From assembly GCA_030141605.1 (NCBI GenBank), contig JAQGDQ010000020.1, forward strand, positions 930,001 through 994,000: a DNA stretch of 64,000 nucleotides. Reading direction: 5' to 3'. Positions 1-11,804 of this stretch are shown here, piece by piece. Positions within the stretch are counted from its first letter, which is position 1. Each line of letters begins with the position of its first letter. The notes under the pieces were generated by a model. It saw only the letters and a program-made list of their open reading frames with translations, had not been told where the DNA came from and did not search any database. Position numbers and translations under genes: made by a program. Source of the stretch: Tubiluchus corallicola (taxonomy: Eukaryota; Animalia; Priapulida).

Positions 1-1170
1 GAGGCAGAGGCAGAGGCAGAGGCAGAGGCAGAGGCAGAGGCAGAGGCAGAGGCAGAGGCAGAGGCAGAGGCAGAGGCAGAGGCAGAGGCAGAGGCAGAGG
101 CAGAGGCAGAGGCAGAGGCAGAGGCAGAGGCAGAGGCAGAGGCAGAGGCAGAGACAGAGACAGAGACAGAGACAGAGACAGAGACAGAGACAGAGACAGA
201 GACAGAGACAGAGATAGACATAGACATAGACATAGACATAGACATAGACATAGACATAGACATAGACATAGACATAGACATAGAGACAGAGACAGAGACA
301 GAGACAGAGACAGAGACAGAGACAGAGACAGAGACAGAGACAGAGACAGAGACAGAGACAGAGACAGAGACAGAGACAGAGACAGAGACAGAGACAGAGA
401 CAGAGACAGAGACAGAGACAGAGACAGAGACAGAGACAGAGACAGAGACAGAGATAGAGATAGAGGCAGAGACAGAGACAGAAACAAGGACAAAGCAGAG
501 ATAGAGATAGAGATAGAGATAGAGGTAGAGGTAGAGGTAGAGGTAGAGGTAGAGGTAGAGGTAGAGGTAGAGGTAGAGGTAGAGGTAGAGGTAGAGGTAG
601 AGGTAGAGGTAGAGGTAGAGATAGAGATAGAGATAGAGATAGAGATAGAGATAGAGATAGAGATAGAGATAGAGATAGAGATAGAGATAGCGATAGCGAT
701 AGCGATAGCGATAGCGATAGCGATAGCGATAGCGATAGCGATAGCGATAGCGATAGCGATAGCGATAGCGATAGCGATAGCGATAGCGATAGCGATAGCG
801 ATAGCGATAGCGATAGCGATAGCGATAGCGATAGCGATAGCGATAGAGATAGAGATAGAGATAGAGATAGAGATAGAGATAGAGATAGAGATAGAGATAG
901 AGATAGAGATAGAGATAGAGATAGAGATAGAGATAGAGATAGAGATAGAGATAGAGATAGAGATAGAGATAGAGATAGAGATAGAGAGAGAGATAGAGAT
1001 AGAGATAGAGATAGAGATAGAGATAGAGATAGAGATAGAGATAGAGATAGAGATAGAGATAGAGATAGAGATAGAGATAGAGATAGAGATAGAGATAGAG
1101 ATAGAGATAGAGATAGAGATAGAGGCAGAGACAGAGACAGAAACAAGGACAAAGCAGAGATAGAGACAGA
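1..1170. repeat. Compound hexanucleotide microsatellite (GAGGCA, GAGACA, GACATA, GAGATA, GAGGTA, GCGATA blocks)
   Basis: Homogeneous blocks of related hexamers are directly visible. The array lies in the intron after exon 4 of the minus-strand cyanophycinase-like gene. Confidence 0.98.
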
Positions 1171-1318
1171 GACATTGTTACATTAAAAACCCTAATTTAA
1201 AAATAAATGCAACTGATGAAGTTTGACTCTGACACAAAACCGATCTAACCCCCCCCCCGGCTTTTTAGCTTACCCAGCAGAAACATTGAGTAACTGCAAT
1301 AACTATCTGTCTATGTAC

Positions 1319-2510
1319 CTGCCATCATGACGGGTGTTGGTTGGACAGCTGTACCAGCGCTCGTACCCGCAATAACAGCACCATTGTTGTAGACATCACG
1401 AATAGCTGCCATGGCTGGCGACTCTATGCGATTTGGGTTTCCGTCGTCGTAGAATCTAATAATTTGGATGAAGAATCTCTTTCAACAATAACAAACAAGG
1501 CGAGCTAGTATGTACATTGATGCTCCAAAGCTATGATACGACTCATGTATGAACAAATGTTATGAGTCAACAATTAATTAAATTTTGATACCAAACTTGA
1601 AAGAAAGAAAATGTGATAAAGCTGGTATGCAACCTGGATTTGAACCAGTGACCTTCTGCCTACAGTGCACACGCCTTAGACTTTAGGCCACCGTATTTCC
1701 TAGTGGTCAGAGTCGTCCAAAGTTCATCGCTTACAGCTGACCAACTATATTCAGCATTTCCAATGTTAAATCATTCAGACTTTACCATTTCCTGCCTTTC
1801 AAGTTTGGTCTCAAATTTTAATTAATCGTGAATTAATAATAAATAATGATTTTTTATATTAATATTATAATACGTAAGTTACAAGCAGATAGATACGTAC
1901 CTCCGGACGGGTTTAGCCAATTCTTTTAGCTATCTATTATTGTATCTTCTCTTCAACTGTATGTATGTTGCATATTAGCTTTGTTTGTTAATAAAATACT
2001 GTTTAAACCAATTACATTACATGCAGCTGTAACCCTATCTTAGTAGTATTTGGTCTTAAGTAAATAAATCTAAAATCTTCTCACACATGCAGTTGTAAAT
2101 CGACAAATTGTGCATCGAATTAATTACAAATTTAAAGACATGACAAAAGCTAGTAAAATCACATGCAATAAGACATTTTGAATCTATAAGCTCAAAAAAT
2201 CACCAGTTTTCTACCACCGTAGGTATAATCTTGACCTGAGGCAGTGCAACACAAAATTACCTCATGACCCAGGTTCTTAAAGTGTTACATCGTAACCCTT
2301 ACTTATATTATTATGCAAAAAAGTGGCGTGTTACAGCGACTCGTAGTATAATTAATGAATAAGTCATCTCACACTGTGACATGCTACCTATAGTATACCA
2401 AAACCATCATTAAAAATTAGTTGAATACTTATCAGACTAACAAGTATACAAACAGAAGAACAAACTGGCAAACAGGTAAACACATATATAAACAAATACA
2501 CCAACCGACT

Positions 2511-2561
<51 letters not shown>

Positions 2562-4071
2562 TGACTGACTGACTGACTGACTGACTGACTGACTGACTGA
2601 CTGACTGACTGACTGACTGACTGACTGACTGACTGACTGACTGACTGACTGACTGACTGACTGACTGACTGACTGACTGACTGACTGACTGACCGACCGA
2701 CCGACCGACCGATCGACCGACCGACCGACCGACCGGCTGACCGACCGGCTGACTAACAATGATACAGGACTTAGTGTAGAGGTAACCAGATAAAAACGTA
2801 CGATTCAATAACACGACTCTGATCGCCGCCGCCAAAAAAGAATCCAGTTTGCCGGTAAATGGTGCTGATCACCTCGGGATCTTTGTTGTTTTCTTGGGCG
2901 CCGAGGTGAACTTCTATCCATTCAGCTGATTGAACTCCATAACTAGAAAAACGTTACTTTGAAAAACGTGCTGCTTTTTACAATACTGCAGATCGTTTTT
3001 ACGTATATAACCAAATGTGTTTCTAGTTTTGATATTTGGGGTTTTCGAAGTACAGTAATTACAGAAAAAGTGCACTGCATCGAGTGGAGGGGTTCGCAGT
3101 TCAAAAGCTTTTAACATTTTAACACTTACACAATTTAAACTTCCACAGGTAAAATACGCTGCACAAAGGAGTCGGATGTGCACCACCAGAAACTCTTAAC
3201 AGTTATAAAACTGTTAAAGCTTCCATTCCTAACACAGAAGAGCGATGCAGTGCTTTGGTTTAGTGAACTACAATACATTTTTAAAAATTCAGTCAAAAAC
3301 CGGGTACAGTTGTCGCCATAAAGACCATAATGAATAAGATTATTACTCCATCTGTGAGCTAAAATTTTGGAATTATTAATGTGAACAATTTTAGACAACT
3401 TGACACTTATTTTAAAGCAGTACACTTGAAACTACAACTGTTCATAATAGTATAAAATTATTGTTCTCACGTGTTCTCAAACAAGTCCTTGTAGTACAGA
3501 TAAGAATCTAGGGGGTCTGACGACGAGGCAGTGACAATTCCAATTTTTGCAGAACCACGCCCACCCTGTAATATTATTTTGAAAAAAGATAATTAAAAAC
3601 TTCCCATTGAATCATTCAGCATGCATGTCACGTGTGAAAGCAAAAACACGCAATAGCAGAATTGCTTTGCACAATTTAGATTTGCCTTGTTCATCTAAAC
3701 TTTCGAAAAATCTCTTTTAATGAGTGTCGAGATTGCGCCTCGGTTGGTACATATTACAGAAAATAGCTGCACCAATTCATCGATAACTGTCGTCATTTAG
3801 ACCATCAGCAATCCTATCATTTCCATCAACACCACTGATTCGACTGTACCTGTGATTTTTTAACATAAATTTCCTAAATTGACTGTCGGACGATGTCAGA
3901 CAATCCTTTCCTGTAATAATCTAAACGTTTACTTACGGCCAGCTCCACAATTCGCTCCCAAACTGCAGAATTGTCTGAACTGATTGAGCCACCGATAAGA
4001 ACCAAACTTTTTGCGTTCACGTTGAGGAAGACGTTCGCAAAGACAATGGCGATGACTAAAACGCGCGCCAT
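1319..4071 (-). CDS. Secreted cyanophycinase-like serine peptidase (S51 / class I glutamine amidotransferase-like fold), 5' part; gene continues beyond window start
   Basis: Phase-consistent exons with GT-AG boundaries: 4071-3937 (MARVLVIAIVFANVFLNVNA-KSLVLIGGSISSDNSAVWERIVELA), 3565-3471 (GGRGSAKIGIVTASS...), 2942-2802 (YGVQSAEWIEV...TGFFFGGGDQSRVIES), 1455-1319 (...NGAVIAGTSAGTAVQ...MMAG). The motifs LVLIGG, IGIVTAS, FFGGGDQ and the nucleophile GTSAG are characteristic of cyanophycinases. The N-terminus is a hydrophobic signal-peptide-like segment. Confidence 0.85.
1571..1826. mobile_element. Short element with ~31-bp inverted termini enclosing a tRNA-derived (A-box/B-box) SINE-like head
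   Basis: AATTAATTAAATTTTGATACCAAACTTGAAAG (1572-1603) is inverted relative to CTTTCAAGTTTGGTCTCAAATTTTAATTAAT (1796-1826). The minus strand carries TGGCCTAAAGTCTAAGG (A-box-like) and GGTTCAAATCC (B-box, 1636-1646). Confidence 0.6.
2505..2755. repeat. (GACT)n/(GACC)n tetranucleotide microsatellite
   Basis: Directly visible. It explains the spurious SVSQ-repeat ORFs. Confidence 0.98.
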
Positions 4072-7042
4072 TTTCACTGCCTTACAATCAAGTCCTGCAT
4101 TAAGTATCACTGACAAGCGTGGACAGCCTATCTATAAATCTATAGACCGTAAGTTATTAAATAGATTTTACTTATACATGCGTAACTTATCAGTTTACCA
4201 ACTGCTGAATTCCCATGTTTTCAGATATTACAGCACAGATACACTAGTATTCTAAAATGATACAAATATTTTACTACAATTATTTTATGTAAAAATACTT
4301 TTAGCCATCGTCAGTGGGTTTTAAATTCAAGCAGTGAAGTCATACGCAGTTTTAATCTAAATACTGATGACATTTTAACTTCCAAAATTTTAAACCATTG
4401 GACATATACACATACTAACCCTTATTTTAATATTTAAACGTACTGGTCGTCTGTTCTTTGTGTAAATATTTATTTTATTTGTCTTGCAATAGTATTTTTA
4501 GATAACGATTTTTAATTAGTTTTTTATTTACTGTTCTATAGAGTTTGTTATGTACTGAAATAAACGTGAAATAATAAATAGTTTAATTCAGCCATTTTGT
4601 ATTTTTGTCTAGTAAAATATCAGCCGTTGAGTGGCTACTGTATCATGTACGTTTTCAACTCGTCTGTGAGTCAGGTAGATAAGTGTGTCAATGTGACACT
4701 GGAGAGCAAGACCTTGTTCACTCTTTCTTAGATGCCAGTTAGAAAAACTAAAACATGAACCAAACTAGAGAAACTGCTTCTAAAGTATTTAAAATGATTT
4801 AAGCTTAACTTTAAGCTGTAAAGAATTCTGAGCAACGAAGCTGACCATGGGTCTTCTTCATCGCTACAGCATAACATTATTACTACTATAAAATTCTTTA
4901 TAAACCAAGTAAGAAGCGTTTTAGGCAAAATTCGACAACATTTAAGTAATATTAATAATAAACATAATTTCATTAATATTACTCTGAGATTTTTAAGTTA
5001 TAACATTACTGTGTTCAACAAGACAGCATTACAAGGGCGAAAATCGAAAAACTACGTGCAATGTTTGCGCATTGTTGATGGTTGATGTCTGAAAAGAAAG
5101 ATAATAAGCAGCATATGAAAACTGTCAAGCTTCACAGCTTTATTTTACTGAGGCAAAACATGATTTTTCACAGAGTAAATTAAATCTTTGAGCACAACGT
5201 GAGAATGCTGAAGTTCGTCGGGGTGTCTGATGCGACCGAGGTGTACAGCTGGCGCGAGTACCCGAATGCTGTTTTCACTTTTTATCTTAATTGATAGTGG
5301 GGTAATTTTCAAAAGGGGTATTCACCCAGGGGTAGACCATCAAATATTTTAAACGGTCTATAGAAGTCTATTCATATCAATGATGTCATCGTGGTATTGT
5401 TTATTGAGTAAAGTAATGTTTCACCATACTTACTAACAATGAGTAATACTCTAGTATAGTTAGCGTACTGTGGGGGGGAGAGGGATAACTAATTGTTTAC
5501 AATGTGCGTCTGACTAGGAAATTAATCAGCCTCCAAACTTGTTAGCAAGTAGAAGGGCGACTGCCGAGAAATTCTTCTGAGCGATTGCATTTGCTACATC
5601 ACATTGCTACTCGTCTTGGTTATGAAGGATGATTACATATTGTTTACATTGTTTAAAGATTTCAGTGTAGCAGCTGCAATGCTGTCAACCATAGCGAAAC
5701 GTCCAGAAACCTTAAAGCAAATGTGTGTGAACATCTGGGTATTTCGTCTAAAACTGGCAGGAAACTAAAGAGTTCACCTCAATCTAGCATACATAACCAT
5801 ATTTGTACCTCTAACCGCAAGGCTGATGTCAATGATGTCAAACACCTGTGATCTATTAATAAAAAAAGTTCATCAATGTGCAAAGTAGTTCAATTCAATT
5901 AATTCTGTTTTTAAACATCAACCTATAGTTTTTCAGTACGCCTGTATCATTTCTCAACACCTGTTTCACTACACCTTTGGCTTCTACGTGAATACAGAAT
6001 CAGTCATTTTCATGTAGTCTTACTTTTTACGTTATTTCTTTCAATTGTATATCTGAATTCTGAACGTGTCTAAAGAACCTTTATATGTTAAATGTCTCCT
6101 TTGTTATCAATTTCACCATTAATAGTTGCCTAGGTGCCTGTCTCTCCACAGCCATTTCTTATAGGTTTTGTCGCTGAATGCCGATTACGGCTAGGAGTGT
6201 ATAGAAAACTGTAGAAAAATATTAACTAACAACCGAAGCTGTCAGAAAAAAGATTACGCGATCTGAATTTTCTTACAGTCAAACTACGTTTTTAGCCTCA
6301 CGTTAATTCCATCATGATAAAATTAAAGATTTATTGATTGTAATTATTGTGAGGTATGTGTTGTAATAACTGTATTTTAGTAGCATTAGCCACAATGTAG
6401 GGCAATAGGCCTACATGGTATATTCAATAATTGCTTGTCAAATTGTCAATTGTATGTATAATAATGCAAGTAAAGCATTCGTCAGTCAATTGTTTTAATC
6501 TATATAAACATAACATCGTCATTAAAACGTTACTGAGGCATTAATGCAGCAATTCTGTAGATTAAAGATTTGAAGAGTTAGACATCTTTATTAAGCACAA
6601 ACAGCACAACTACTAAACAATATCTCCAAATCCTTGAATGTTTTTCAAACTTATACTCGTAAAATATAAAAAGTTTTTCAATTTATTAGTTCAGTTAAAT
6701 TCGCTTATTATTATTATAAATCGAAATACTATGAAAATTAACGTAAGAACTACAAAGAATAGGCCCAAGTATCTATCTTTTGTAGAACTAATTTAAAACA
6801 TAAGTTTAATATTCTTGGTACGCACAAGTATTTCAAAACAATTATAATAGATACATATATATATATATCTGATACAATTTACTACTGAAATTTAAATAAC
6901 GGCTACATAAATTTTGGTAAATAAAATAGTAAAACAACTGATATAGCATAAATGTTTTGACAATAATATACCACACAGAGGATGTACTGCCATCTATGAA
7001 TATAAAAAGTTGTTATTAAATGGCGTCCCGGTTGAATCGAAT

Positions 7043-7801
7043 TTAAAAGTCACACTCAGCAACTTTGACTTTTATTTCGTTTCTGACAGTGAACCCAATG
7101 TTTGGACCAAAGAATATTTTCACGTTTACAATCAGCAAAAATTCTTGAGGCCCTTGAAGGCTGTTTACCAATTCCACGTGACTAGCTTTTCCCGTCGCGT
7201 CTGGAATCACCCTAAAATCCGCCACAGTGGCGGGTTGTGACGTACCGTCGCATGCGATGCACTTAATCTCTAGCTCCACATCTCGAGGTAACGCCGAGAT
7301 AAATCCTCTAAGGTTATTAGAGAATATCAGCTTTGGTAAACCTGGAACATTGGCAGGAATGGCGAAGAAGTTGCGGTTGAGCAAGAAGATACAGTCGATG
7401 TCTCCACGACATCTTTGCGCAGCGTCCTTTCTGCACACCAAGCTCGTCTCCTGCATGTCCGGATGAAAGCCAACCGGACAGGTGGCCGGTTCGCATCCGT
7501 ATGCTCCATTAAAGTTGAAACAGATTTCATTCTCTCCACAGTGATTGAAGCGGTTGCATTCGTTGATGTCCCGACATCCGGATGCCGTGCCAGGGTCGTA
7601 TTCGTAACCAGATGGACATTGACAAACGTCATCTTGGCACGCGACGCTGCAAACGTCTACCACCACCTCGTCCGTGAGAGTTTTCGAGACGACATCTGCA
7701 CCCTGGGCCACTTCAGCAAGCTTCTCCACTACATCTTGAGCATCACAACTCACAGCAAATAAGAGCAAAATTGTAACAGCTGCCAGTTTAAGAGCCTCCA
7801 T
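7043..7801 (-). CDS. Secreted fibulin-like protein A (signal peptide, EGF/cbEGF, fibulin-type C-terminal domain), intronless, ~252 aa
   Basis: ORF from ATG 7801 (MEALKLAAVTILLLFAVSCDA). It contains cbEGF CRDINEC...CFNFNGAYGC, and the C-terminal LVNSLQGPQEFLLIVNV...IKVKVAECDF matches the fibulin/hemicentin C-terminal domain pattern. Confidence 0.85.
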   Translation of the reverse strand: MEALKLAAVTILLLFAVSCDAQDVVEKLAEVAQGADVVSKTLTDEVVVDVCSVACQDDVCQCPSGYEYDPGTASGCRDINECNRFNHCGENEICFNFNGAYGCEPATCPVGFHPDMQETSLVCRKDAAQRCRGDIDCIFLLNRNFFAIPANVPGLPKLIFSNNLRGFISALPRDVELEIKCIACDGTSQPATVADFRVIPDATGKASHVELVNSLQGPQEFLLIVNVKIFFGPNIGFTVRNEIKVKVAECDF

Positions 7802-8534
7802 TTTACTATTGTACATTATGATGACACCAACACTTGTTAGATTTCCAATCACTGTACGTCCGACTGCTTGCAGTTTATCAAATACTCAGAAGAACAAGAA
7901 ACTGACGTGTTTTCCTAAAAATCCGCTGAATGAGAAAATGTCTGTTGGTTTAAATTTCCAAATTTCAGAGAATGTCAAGCAGATAAACAATACCAAGTAA
8001 GAATACTTTATTGGTATGGTTACAGGCTATTACAGCGAAATAAATGGAGGTACAAAGTTACGACGATTTGTGGTTACGATGGCATAGCAGTGTCATAAAG
8101 TCCTCAACTTGTTCATCCAATCATGGGCCTTGACAGTCAAAGAACGCAGAATTCTGACCGCATTTTATTTGTGGTGCAAAATGTCCTTCGCCAGAATACA
8201 GTTTGTGAATACTAAGAACACCATAAATACTTATGCTACCACCACTTACAAATTTATTGCGTCTTCAAAACTTCAAGTGTCAAGGAATAGTTTGGGTATA
8301 AGTATCAAAGGGTTAAACCGAGCACGCGGAATAAAGTTTATAAAACATCATTAATATTTAATCAGTGCACACTATACTCAGGCGAGTTCGTAGAATAGTT
8401 GGAACTAACAATGTTATAAACGAATTTAACTAGAATTCTCCCATGTTCCTCATTTATTCATTCATTCAAAAACTTTTATTTATAAATACAAAACCAAAAT
8501 AAATACAAAATATTTTGTATTTGTAATTATATGT

Positions 8535-8607
8535 ATATGTGTGTGTGTGTGCGCGCGTGCGTGCGTGCGTGCGTGCGTGGTGCGTGCGTGCGTGCGTGCG
8601 TGTGTGT
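8535..8607. repeat. (GT)n/(GCGT)n microsatellite
   Basis: Directly visible. Confidence 0.9.
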
Positions 8608-8933
8608 ATCGTATCTGTACTTATATTTTATTTTTATTTTATAAACAAGAGATTTTCCACGTTCCTCAGAAATAATGTCTATTCTGTATTCTGCTCTTCC
8701 GAGCCAAACTGAATTAACAAGAAAATTAAAGTGTAGCTTTCGAAAGAAATGCATTCACACCTAATTAAGACGTATCTCTAAACTCTCTAGGCAACAAAAT
8801 AAAACTATGGAGACCTTTATAAGATGATCTCTATGAAAAATTACACTTGTGTTAATTTCATCACTCTTTTGAATTCTTCGTTATTCAGCTAATATGGCAT
8901 GCGTTTCTGCAGCAGAAGTAAGGTTCATTGCAT

Positions 8934-9779
8934 TTAACATTTTCCAACGACAACCTTGAGGATCGTCTTAAACACGAATCCTTGGTTTGACGTAAAATAC
9001 ACCGTTGATGTGACAGACAACATTATGGTCTGTGGGGCTTCGACTTCGTTCACCACTTCAAGTTTAAATCCCGCTCCCATGTCGGAAGTTAAGGTGACCT
9101 TGAAGTCATCTGCGCTTGCTCTTTTTGCCACATTTTCACACTCAACGCAGGATACCTCTAAATCCAGTTTACTCTTCTGTCTTCCAGTGATACCACCCAC
9201 GTTTGAAGTGTACAGTTGAAAAGGGGTGGGCACTTGCTCAGGTAGTCCATAAAAGCTCTTGAAAATTGAGTGCGTGCAGTCCAAGCTTCCAGAACAGGAA
9301 GGGTTTTTGGTACAGACGACCAGGGTACCCTGCACGCGAGGAGTATATCCTAAAGGACACGTTGCTGGTTCGCAAAAGACATCGCCGATTGTATTGAAGC
9401 AGATCTGGTCACTCGTGCACGGATTGCTGGTACGACATTCGTCAATGTCCTTGCAATACCCACCAGTGCAAGAACATCCAGGACTGGCAACCACAGGAGC
9501 CGGTCTGTTCGGCGGAAGTTGTCGAGATTGCTTTGCAGCGGAAACGGTCTTCACCTCTCCGGTGCCACCTCCGGCAAAAGCACCGCGAAGACCGCGGAAT
9601 TGATCAACAACTTTCTGTTCACCTTTGTCGAGTTCTGGCAAGTTCTTAAACCTTTGCAGTTCTGCTTGACATTTGGCTAGTTCACAAGCTTGATCACAGG
9701 TTTGACCATTGGCATCCTTTGCAACAATTACTACTAATGTGACCAAGAAAATGCTCCATTTGCAAATGAATTCCTCCAT
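8934..9779 (-). CDS. Secreted fibulin-like protein B, intronless, ~281 aa
   Basis: ORF from ATG 9779 (MEEFICKWSIFLVTLVVIVAKDANG). It contains cbEGF CKDIDEC...CFNTIGDVFC, and its C-terminal domain is collinear with paralogs A and C (CxxC, ADDFKV, LEVVNEVEAPQ, LKVVVGKC). Confidence 0.85.
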   Translation of the reverse strand: MEEFICKWSIFLVTLVVIVAKDANGQTCDQACELAKCQAELQRFKNLPELDKGEQKVVDQFRGLRGAFAGGGTGEVKTVSAAKQSRQLPPNRPAPVVASPGCSCTGGYCKDIDECRTSNPCTSDQICFNTIGDVFCEPATCPLGYTPRVQGTLVVCTKNPSCSGSLDCTHSIFKSFYGLPEQVPTPFQLYTSNVGGITGRQKSKLDLEVSCVECENVAKRASADDFKVTLTSDMGAGFKLEVVNEVEAPQTIMLSVTSTVYFTSNQGFVFKTILKVVVGKC

Positions 9780-10061
9780 TGTTATCAAGCTTCCTTCACA
9801 AGTTTCTAAACAGTTGGCAAAGTTATGAACACATTTGCACCTAGCATTGGTAGTATGTGTTATGATGAGAAACTGAGGCACTGACAGGCTACATGGGTAG
9901 CAAAAGTACGTTTGAAGGTAAAGAAATTTAAACGAAACATGTGTAGCATGGCTGATAGCTTTGCAACTCTTAAATATTCACAGCACGCATGTGTTTAAAA
10001 ATAATGCTGACAATTCACTTCATTTATTTAGATGGATGTGAATCGAATATTAATCTATTAA

Positions 10062-10378
10062 TTTGCAGTATACAATCTGTAGAATGTTTCGACTTTTCAT
10101 AAATCTTTCTCAACAAGTGTTAGCCTATGATATTCAAACTATACATACGATAAATAACAATATGTACTCTAAAATGATCATTGCAGAAAATCACGTCCCA
10201 AAGTAGGTTTTACGCAAATAACGTTTCTACAGAGTTTTTTAATTTCTTGAAGTTTTAATATAATCATTTTATTCTAGATAGTGTTGCTTATTGTATATAT
10301 AATTTGAAGGTCAGATGCCATACACTTGTTGAGAAAGATTTAAGCAGAATCGAAACATAGTATTAATTGTATTACATA
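10062..10378. mobile_element. Imperfect long inverted repeat / MITE-like foldback
   Basis: ATGTTTCGA...AAATCTTTCTCAACAAGTGT (~10084-10120) is inverted relative to ACACTTGTTGAGAAAGATTT...TCGAAACAT (~10322-10358), and the similarity extends on both sides. Confidence 0.6.
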
Positions 10379-11804
10379 CATTTTAACTGCATGAATAAAC
10401 CCGGATATTATAAAGCAAACATACAGTCTACAAAAATGATTGATTAACATGCCACCTGTTTTCAAATTTTCCTGGCCAGAATTCATGGTTTCAGGGCTGC
10501 ATAAATTCTTAAGGTTAATTTTCGGTGATTTTTAATCAACCATTTTTAGCTGCTGGGCATAAAATAGTTTATCGCCAATAGTATTTTGAATGCTTACAGT
10601 CCAGAAACATTTTTTGCTGGTTGCAATCCTCGTAATGGTGATTCTACTGGAGATGGGTAAGGGATTCGCCATCTGGTCATCAAAGTTAAGGAATGCCAAG
10701 GATGGTCAGGTAATTGGTGGTTGCTATATTCGTGTGCGGTCTGAATAAGGTGTGTGCACTTAACTAGTCTGTGTTGTATTGATTCTAGGTTATATACTAG
10801 CTCTAGATAGATTCATAATCCATGCTGATTCTGGCTATTTACGCATTGATGGAGGGTGCATTCATTACCCGAACACGACTAAGATACCTATGCCACATCA
10901 GTGTCTCATCTTTAGAGGATTAACCTTAATATAACAATAATTGAGCAAGGTCCTGGTCCCTCCACACCTATCTGTGGAGCGTTTTCATGCTGTTGACTCA
11001 AAGATAAACATTTTCAACTATTGTGGATTGCGCTTGCAAGCTTGGTCCGCTCAGATCAGATTTGGTGTCGACATGGCAGAAACAGCCAATGTACGATCAG
11101 TAATTAACACTCAACAGTTGAGGAAAATTGCAAAACACATTTCTAATTCTGAAATGAGATGACAGTCGTGTGGGCTTGGCCAGTCTGTCTTTTAATTAAT
11201 AATTATTAATAATAGCCATGTGTAAGTGTGTTTTTATGGGTCATAAAAATTCTTAAAAACGAATGATTGCGTTTGGCAGTTCAGTTTTTATCGCTCATTT
11301 CATTATGAACGTGAGATGTCTTACTAAACCAAAATATTACGTAACTTTTACAATTTTCTAATCCTTGCACTTTAGCCTCCGATTCACAAACAGGTTCTTT
11401 AGCTTCCAAGATGCAGTGTCTTATTTACATAATAGCTAGGCAATAGGTTGTTATTATAACGCCATTGCAACATAAAATACTTGTGAACATTTTATATACT
11501 CCTTACACTATACATTCTAACTATCGTAGCAGTCATTATACTGCTAAATTTGTCTATAGCTCATTCTAGCTATCGAGTTTAAATAAAAATCTTATCTTAT
11601 GTTATCTTAGACTGATATAAATTAACAGCTGGTATACGACAATCGGTAAGGAATATTTTTCATTATACTGTCTGCATACAGGCCTCTTGCAGTTTTTTAT
11701 TTATTTGTATCTTCATTTCAGTACGAAAGATGCCATATAAAAGAACAGGCATTACACGATAAAAAGGACATAAAATTTTAACGTTCCAAAGACAGCTAAA
11801 CAGT

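Noticed and set aside
1625-1692. Possible tRNA gene on the minus strand
   Set aside because: A and B boxes are present, but I cannot build a convincing acceptor stem or cloverleaf. Related degenerate copies indicate a SINE-like repeat.
2388-2835. ORFs with SVSQ repeats
   Set aside because: They are translations of the (GACT)n microsatellite. The real coding exon is 2802-2942.
4680-5900. Possible decayed transposase or gene fragment
   Set aside because: The sequence is slightly GC-richer with broken frames, but I recognise no motif I can support.
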